Below, piece after piece: positions 61,600-64,000 of a stretch of DNA of 64,000 bases. The stretch comes from Tubulanus polymorphus. Lineage: Eukaryota > Animalia > Nemertea. The translations under genes were made by a program, and so were the position numbers. The stretch spans positions 7,564,001 through 7,628,000 of the forward strand of contig NC_134031.1 of assembly GCF_964204645.1 (NCBI RefSeq), in the 5' to 3' direction. The notes beneath the pieces were generated by a model that worked only from the letters and a program-made list of their open reading frames with translations, did not search any database and had not been told where the DNA came from. Each line of letters starts with the position of its first letter. The stretch's first letter is position 1.

Positions 61600-62531
61600 T
61601 CCCAATATAAATGGAAATACTACAAAAGGGGGTATGGTGCAGATAAACCCCTTTTTATATCCAAGTTCCACATTTTTCAGTTCCAAATTTTGTTTTTACA
61701 CATTCCGAAAATTGCATAAATATTCTGCCTTAAAAGGTCCAGAAAACACCCCTCTCAATCGTCAGATTTCAAAAATTTAGACTATTTAAGAACATTCAAG
61801 CAATTTAAAGGATTCCAAAATGCTCGTTCAGCGCAACATCGATACGATGCAAGATATGGAATATAGTTCCGCTTGTATTAATTCTGACCCCCCTTTGAAA
61901 AAGGGTGCCTAGCTAGGGACACGTCCGATGTCACGACCTAGATTTTAGCTATTGGTTGTGATAACAGTATAGGTACCAATACAAATTGAAATAGTTGATT
62001 ACATTTCAATACATATTTAATTCCAAGAACAATTCACTGGGTAATCCCAATCCCAGGTCATATGACAGAGCTGAAAATAATCGAATATCAAGACTATTAG
62101 TTTACAGCCTGATATTTTCTTCAAAATACCATTCTCTAGGTATGAACGATAACAAATGAAACTAAGACTTTCACTGACATATCAAACATCTGCATTTTGA
62201 AAAATTTAAACTTTAATGAATTAATAAGAGACTGTCAGGTAACTCGTAATCTCAGAACCGCATACTTCAATTTAGGTTATTGATGATGTAAAAACGTCTT
62301 TATTCATTACAGCATTCAGAATTTGATAATATACACATTTTATTTGGTTTAGGCATATATTTACAGTCATAAATATGCTCATTATTACGTTTTCCTTGGC
62401 CTTATCGTTCTACTCATTCTTGTGCTTGCGCAAACACTATTTGTTCATTCGTATAATGTAACCTGATATTTACCCTTGTGAGATGATTGCACTGACAATA
62501 TGAGTGACAATATGACACTTCGCCATTTCAC
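8915..62531 (-). CDS. TGFBR3: TGF-beta receptor type III (betaglycan/endoglin family) gene, spliced; 16 coding exons found, about 826 aa, start codon probably upstream of window
   Basis: Manual exon chain with GT-AG sites and fully consistent phases: 62474-62531, 56084-56302, 53391-53494, 36625-36802, 29339-29456, 28091-28292, 23292-23469, 22658-22785, 15169-15318, 14519-14710, 12846-13041, 11694-11781, 10775-10952, 9969-10131, 9629-9862, 8915-9009 (2481 nt). Recognisable betaglycan motifs: GCASRT..KEV, YGAVTS, EVHIIE, NGTHFVL, and TM GLDSGTVVGIAFAAFIIGVLLTASLWFIHTHTG. Confidence 0.93.
9041..9230 (-). mobile_element. HINE-family fragment (one tandem unit)
   Basis: CAACGCCCCCTGGTGACCATA...GAAACTCACCACAATCATAG matches the unit consensus. 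Confidence 0.7.
9240..9564 (-). mobile_element. piggyBac-type MITE, truncated inverted copy of 33271-33729
   Basis: Reverse complement aligns over about 320 bp; ends ATGGG|TTAA at 9564. Confidence 0.78.
9629..9862 (-). CDS. TGFBR3: TGFBR3-like transmembrane exon
   Basis: ttacag acceptor, g|gtaagt donor, 234 nt, phase 1/1; TM segment very close to the betaglycan [25 protein letters not shown]. Confidence 0.95.
9969..10131 (-). CDS. TGFBR3: TGFBR3-like exon, end of ZP-C and external hydrophobic patch (CMSQSDYC...ILTLGPLQV)
   Basis: ttgtag acceptor, g|gtacgc donor, 163 nt, phase 0/1. Confidence 0.87.
10305..10735. mobile_element. MITE with AGCCTAGCGT termini (related right end at about 60860-60912)
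   Basis: Imperfect TIRs AGCCTAGCGTAGATCA / TGATGTACGCTAGACT; repeated GCAACT motifs. Confidence 0.6.
10775..10952 (-). CDS. TGFBR3: TGFBR3-like exon, ZP-C (CRTDVSVKW...RFSFRV...FLTCQLSMC)
   Basis: ttgcag acceptor, aag|gtatat donor, 178 nt, phase 2/0; ZP-C RFSF and FLxC motifs. Confidence 0.9.
11694..11781 (-). CDS. TGFBR3: TGFBR3-like exon, ZP-C (DVHVRAMIHSCWLAEN...HVLIDTG)
   Basis: ttacag acceptor, gtaaat donor, 88 nt, phase 1/2; ZP CW motif. Confidence 0.88.
11951..12335 (-). mobile_element. HINE-family fragment (3' end plus 2-3 degenerate units)
   Basis: TAGGGGTACAAGGACACCATG start plus unit motifs. Confidence 0.65.
12558..12797. mobile_element. hAT-like MITE remnant (CAGGGCCGTCGG...GCCACTG)
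   Basis: CAG..CTG termini with G-rich subterminal block. Confidence 0.4.
12846..13041 (-). CDS. TGFBR3: TGFBR3-like exon, ZP-C start (YYLRIYKDEEF...DRVYVEAKL)
   Basis: tttcag acceptor, g|gtaag donor, 196 nt, phase 0/1; internal hydrophobic patch and VYVE motif. Confidence 0.9.
14519..14710 (-). CDS. TGFBR3: TGFBR3-like exon, ZP-N acidic loop with Ser-Gly (EEGSGY...DDEDF...IKFHC)
   Basis: tgacag acceptor, gtatat donor, 192 nt, phase 0/0; acidic SG loop at the position of the betaglycan GAG sites; ZP Cys4. Confidence 0.88.
15169..15318 (-). CDS. TGFBR3: TGFBR3-like exon, ZP-N (HLTLSNAMCVAVDNGTHFVLSAMITNCGT...FVNS)
   Basis: aaacag acceptor, gtaagt donor, 150 nt, phase 0/0; resembles betaglycan CKAKMNGTHFVLESPLNGCGT. 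Confidence 0.93.
15925..16000 (-). mobile_element. tRNA-derived SINE head fragment, interrupted by the Harbinger insertion
   Basis: Minus strand reads CGGTCTAG...GGGTTCGAATCCC (B box); the A-box side is cut at the Harbinger left end. Confidence 0.55.
16002..16980 (+). mobile_element. PIF/Harbinger DNA transposon, 5' half only (left end, subterminal repeats, truncated transposase gene)
   Basis: Left terminus GGGCTGCGTTTTTCAAAGC present twice (16002, 16061); about 8 TATCCCRGTGATA-type subterminal palindromes; HARBI1-like ORF follows. No right TIR or Myb/SANT ORF found. Confidence 0.88.
16264..16980 (+). pseudogene. Harbinger (HARBI1-like, DDE_Tnp_4) transposase, 3'-truncated; exon 16264-16825, intron 16826-16901, exon 16902-16980
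   Basis: Motifs ALRYYATGS, GFPNCIGAIDCTQI, YVNRKGFHSINTQAVCD, and after a 76-nt GT-AG intron [23 protein letters not shown]. Downstream catalytic motifs (GDSGY and the E) are missing. Confidence 0.92.
16981..18060 (+). pseudogene. BEL/Pao gag region, N-terminally truncated
   Basis: DUF1759-like IPKFSGD..F..W; knuckles CVFCKRPGHQPTSC and CFKCFAKGHRSFEC; third knuckle broken near 18030 where the protease core appears deleted. Confidence 0.88.
18061..21728 (+). pseudogene. BEL/Pao pol (RT-RNaseH-integrase) with nonsense mutations and a frameshift
   Basis: In-frame stops at 18163-18165, 18655-18657 and 19945-19947, and a frameshift near 21006, otherwise colinear Pao-type pol motifs. Confidence 0.93.
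21807..22190 (+). repeat. 3' LTR of BEL/Pao element (right boundary approximate)
   Basis: Begins TGTT directly after the purine tract AGAGGGGAG (21798-21806). The end is inferred at ...GATCCGACA, with no second LTR to confirm it. Confidence 0.65.
22658..22785 (-). CDS. TGFBR3: TGFBR3-like exon, linker and ZP-N start (AGKKLTRSP...VMALSCYRSGLKVSLPKKSAR)
   Basis: ttgcag acceptor, gtaagt donor, 128 nt, phase 1/0; contains ZP Cys1. Confidence 0.87.
23292..23469 (-). CDS. TGFBR3: TGFBR3-like exon, end of orphan domain (GTGDIDTSG...FVKQRFGAVTSYTDVTLANMIELVIDP)
   Basis: tttttcag acceptor, g|gttcgt donor, 178 nt, phase 0/1; resembles betaglycan PITSYTMAPVANRFHL. Confidence 0.88.
24663..25605 (-). 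mobile_element. HINE-family copy with about four tandem units and an internal deletion of the microsatellite segment
   Basis: Colinear with 48741-49851 (ACTAGGGGTC...GCCCCCTGGTGACC...AAGTGGGCTAA). Confidence 0.8.
26060..26220 (-). mobile_element. HINE-family fragment
   Basis: GGGGTCCAGGGACACCATGCCC...AATGACCTGGAAAATCACCACAATC. Confidence 0.65.
27508..28020 (-). mobile_element. Second HINE-like subfamily (ACAAG end, GGCTCAGGCTCAAA units); a related fragment lies at 11434-11580
   Basis: Shares the CAATGGCTGCC..GCCATCTTGATTCT..TTTTTGGGCTG block with 49636-49730 but has a different tandem unit. Confidence 0.55.
28091..28292 (-). CDS. TGFBR3: TGFBR3-like exon (REVHIIEVHR...KSLVIVLKGYSGLNWKLSSQNIYSSINVI)
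   Basis: ttgcag acceptor, gtaagc donor, 202 nt, phase 2/0; resembles betaglycan EVHIIELI...KNLILILKCKKSVNW. Confidence 0.92.
28414..28578. mobile_element. hAT-like MITE with TTCCCTGA repeats (related copy 36143-36405)
   Basis: AGGGTGGCCACT...GTGACCACCACCCTG ends and repeated TTCCCTGA motif in both copies. Confidence 0.5.
29339..29456 (-). CDS. TGFBR3: TGFBR3-like exon (DDRLPNECDFEK...LQPMKGCAFPPDRS)
   Basis: ttttcag acceptor, gtacgt donor, 118 nt, phase 1/2; resembles betaglycan FPPKCNI...LQPKAAEGC. Confidence 0.88.
32559..32910 (+). mobile_element. MITE with GGGGCACAC TIRs and TA flanks (second copy about 42657-43053)
   Basis: TA|GGGGCACACGAGCGTATTTTT...AAAAATATGCTTGTGTGCCCC|TA; internal sequence colinear with the 42657 copy. 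Superfamily uncertain. Confidence 0.75.
33271..33729 (+). mobile_element. piggyBac-type MITE, complete
   Basis: TTAA|CCCATTAGTACTCA...TGAGTGCTTATGGG|TTAA: CCC..GGG TIRs with TTAA TSD. Confidence 0.82.
34642..35632. mobile_element. Non-autonomous IS3EU-like DNA transposon (991 bp)
   Basis: Perfect ~43-bp TIRs TACGGAAGAGCAATGCGGCCAACAACATTTTATTTTCAGTTTA, 6-bp TSD CAATCC (34636-34641 and 35633-35638), subterminal 21-bp GAAAAGTCGACTTACTAACTC arrays. TAY..RTA ends with a 6-bp TSD are characteristic of IS3EU. Confidence 0.82.
36625..36802 (-). CDS. TGFBR3: TGFBR3-like exon (LSPGSRLL...LFDWIKNKYGAVTSLAEVSQINRIVQSVG)
   Basis: tttcag acceptor, g|gtaaat donor, 178 nt, phase 0/1; resembles betaglycan LLNWARKEYGAVTSFTEL. 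Confidence 0.92.
39421..40047. mobile_element. Harbinger-type (Tourist-like) MITE
   Basis: TIRs AGCCCCGAACACACTATGCGATTTT / AAAATCGCATAGTGCGTTCGGGGCT with TTA TSD on both sides. Confidence 0.82.
39496..39675 (+). mobile_element. tRNA-derived SINE-like insertion nested in the MITE
   Basis: Flanked by 8-bp direct repeat GCACAGCG (39488-39495, 39676-39683); degenerate A box GTGGTTTAAG and B box GGGTCCAAACCC; A-rich end. Confidence 0.55.
41664..42070. repeat. 35-bp minisatellite, about 11.5 copies (GAGAGAAATGTGAATAATCGATGATCGACGGTATT)
   Basis: Period 35 read directly (AAATGTG at 41761, 41796, 41831...); the first two units are 39 bp. Confidence 0.95.
44453..45032. mobile_element. Harbinger-type MITE with TTAGACCGGTCTAA palindromes (related fragment 13367-13545)
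   Basis: GCGTTCACAC / GTGTGAACGC motifs and repeated AGACCGGTCT palindromes in both copies. Confidence 0.6.
46680..47542. mobile_element. MULE/Merlin-like non-autonomous element
   Basis: Perfect 23-bp TIRs GGTAGTTCTCTAAACGCGGAAAA; flanks ATTACGCGTT / ATTAGGCATT are a diverged 8-10-bp TSD. Confidence 0.72.
48741..49851 (-). mobile_element. Helentron-associated non-autonomous element (HINE/DINE-1/Pearl-like), near full length, with three ~155-bp internal tandem repeats
   Basis: Minus strand: 5' TTTTTAGCCCAC with hairpin, (GTCC/GTCT) microsatellite, central tandem units, subterminal AAGTGGGC inverted repeat, short palindrome and CTAGT 3' end. Confidence 0.8.
51587..51872 (-). mobile_element. 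Harbinger-type MITE, inverted relative of 56790-57046
   Basis: TIRs AGCCACGATCACAC / GTGTGACTGCAGCT; reverse complement aligns to the 56790 copy. Confidence 0.68.
53391..53494 (-). CDS. TGFBR3: TGFBR3-like exon (GLFINKLVIILSSTHPITWRVSTRQISNQTKQLFV)
   Basis: ttgcag acceptor, gtaagt donor, 104 nt, phase 1/0; resembles betaglycan VVFLLNSPHPLVWHLKT...RLFLV. Confidence 0.9.
56084..56302 (-). CDS. TGFBR3: TGFBR3-like exon, orphan domain start (VIAAGNSCTIK...GCASRTLGHGSKEVRAVN...EIKLHLEPL)
   Basis: ttttctag acceptor, g|gtaag donor, 219 nt, phase 1/1; resembles betaglycan GCASRGTTGLPQEVHVLNL...EVTLHLNPI. Confidence 0.92.
56790..57046 (+). mobile_element. Harbinger-type MITE
   Basis: TIRs AGCCGCGATCACAC / GTGTGATAGTGGCT, TTA TSD. 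Confidence 0.7.
61397..61530 (-). mobile_element. HINE-family fragment (further pieces at 23060-23190, 23835-23940, 61910-62010)
   Basis: ACTAGGAGTCCCAAGGATACCATG start and TTTCAATATTCAA unit motif. Confidence 0.6.
61531..61594. repeat. (TA)n microsatellite
   Basis: About 32 perfect AT dinucleotides. Confidence 0.95.
62474..62531 (-). CDS. TGFBR3: Probable signal-peptide exon of TGFBR3-like gene (VKWRSVILSLILSVQSSHKG)
   Basis: ttttacag acceptor and g|gtaaat donor; 58 nt, phase 0/1. Joins in frame to the next exon to give a basic-hydrophobic signal peptide. No in-frame ATG in the exon. Confidence 0.6.
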
Positions 62532-63745
62532 CTGTAAAACTATTTCGTAACCCGATGCGTCGTTGGCCTCACATCAATAATAACTAAGTTGACCGATGAT
62601 GGGAATGAAAAAAAAAATCGACTCGCAATCTCACATTTCATATACCGTGTCGCATATTTGTACTTCTGGCTTCATGATACAATGTTATACGAATGGCTTC
62701 TACAGACAAGTGACTTTCTATGATTCAATTTTAGAAAAAAACCTATGATTATGAGCTTTTTGATCGTACGATAGTTTTTTGTCTATACAAAAATAAGTGG
62801 CTATAAGAGGAATAGTGCCCTGTTATTCTTAAGGTACAGTTCTTAAGACTTAGCTGATTTGATGATAGAAGAAAATCCTTGCAGAATTAATAGCTCTGAT
62901 TTTTTTGTAGGGGACCAAGAAAATCAACACAGTATCGCCCAAAACAACTTTATCATGTAACCATGTTACAGCAACTTCAAAAATACAAATAACCTTTAAC
63001 TCAATCTTATGTTCTAAATAATAAGCCTTGCTTGCATAGAATTCTGTCACGGAAATCGTCCCATTAAAAATTATATTTACTCCGATTATTTGAACAAACT
63101 TTCAAGTCTGACACCTACACGACAGCCAGTATTTGAAGAAATTCAATGACAAACTGCTAACGCAAATAAGTGGCCTTTTTTCTTATCAATTACGGGAACA
63201 TTTCGAATAATATCACATATCTCTGTGAGTAAACTTTTGATCAGATCAGTGCATGATCTCAACAGGGACAATGTACTTTTTACCCTGAAGGAGGTAAATA
63301 GGCCGTGGTATACCGGATGTTTTTTCTAATATCTAGGTCTCAGCGGTCAAGGCTAGTGCCGATTGTGCAAATTGTAACTGACTAGTGACATATGATCAAC
63401 ATTATCATTATCTGCGTGGAGGGGCGAAATAATTCAATTAATCACTAAGTTTTGGATGTGCTTATTTCCCCGAAAACGGCAGTCGAATTTTCTGTGAATT
63501 GAAGAGGCATTTATCGGCGACGAGAGTAGACTATAGAGATAAACCCATGGTTCTAGGTAAAATTCTGCACTGAGGAAAACCGCCAAAATGTCGCTATGAA
63601 GACGTATAAAAAGATGATGAAAGTTAAATTGCCACTGGCAAAGTGGTTTTATCAATCAGAACTAGAGTATAGATGCATCCTCATATAGCTACTTAGTCAG
63701 CATCCTTCATTTCATTTCATAGATAGATATTTTCACTAACCTCAG

Positions 63746-63920
63746 GGGCCGGTTCCATAGACAGGGCTTAGACTTAAGACCGGTCTAAGACAAACTTAGG
63801 TCTATAGAGACTTAAGACCGGTCTAAGACAAACTTAGGTCTATAGCCAATCTAAGAACTTAAGACCAGTCTTAAGGTTTAGACCATTTGTGGTCTTAAGT
63901 CCTGACTATGGAACCGGCCC
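63746..63920. mobile_element. Harbinger-type MITE with 38-bp internal tandem duplication
   Basis: TIRs GGGCCGGTTCCATAG / CTATGGAACCGGCCC, CAG TSD; perfect duplication 63770-63807 / 63808-63845. Confidence 0.85.
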
Positions 63921-64000
63921 CAGAAGTCTTAAGGCCTCAGCACGACAAGCCCATCACCAATGATAAGGTACCTAAGATCATTCATTGATAAATCATACTA

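Noticed and set aside
61420-61719. ORF with YIYIYI repeat
   Set aside because: Translation of the (TA)n microsatellite and a HINE fragment.

Overview
AT-rich eukaryotic genomic DNA, most likely from an invertebrate animal, with spliceosomal GT-AG introns and many DNA-transposon relics. One protein-coding gene dominates the window on the minus strand: a TGF-beta type III receptor (betaglycan/endoglin family, TGFBR3-like). I reconstructed it by hand from 16 phase-compatible exons between 62531 and 8915, giving 2481 nt or about 826 aa; the start ATG is probably in an upstream exon outside the window. The predicted protein has a signal peptide, a duplicated orphan domain, a 10-Cys ZP module with a candidate Ser-Gly GAG site, a TM helix and a short tail. 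The intron at 15319-22657 holds an antisense nest: tRNA-SINE fragment, 5' half of a PIF/Harbinger transposon, then a 5'-truncated, decayed BEL/Pao LTR retrotransposon with its 3' LTR. Other introns carry an IS3EU-like non-autonomous element, piggyBac, Harbinger, hAT and MULE/Merlin-like MITEs, about 11 co-oriented Helentron-associated (HINE/DINE-1-like) elements with ~155-bp internal tandem repeats bearing a CTCF-like motif, a 35-bp minisatellite and (TA)n microsatellites. I found no CRISPR, rRNA or intact tRNA. I cannot demonstrate a wholly new biological system; the best leads are the invertebrate betaglycan features, the co-oriented CTCF-motif HINEs and the Harbinger/BEL chimera.
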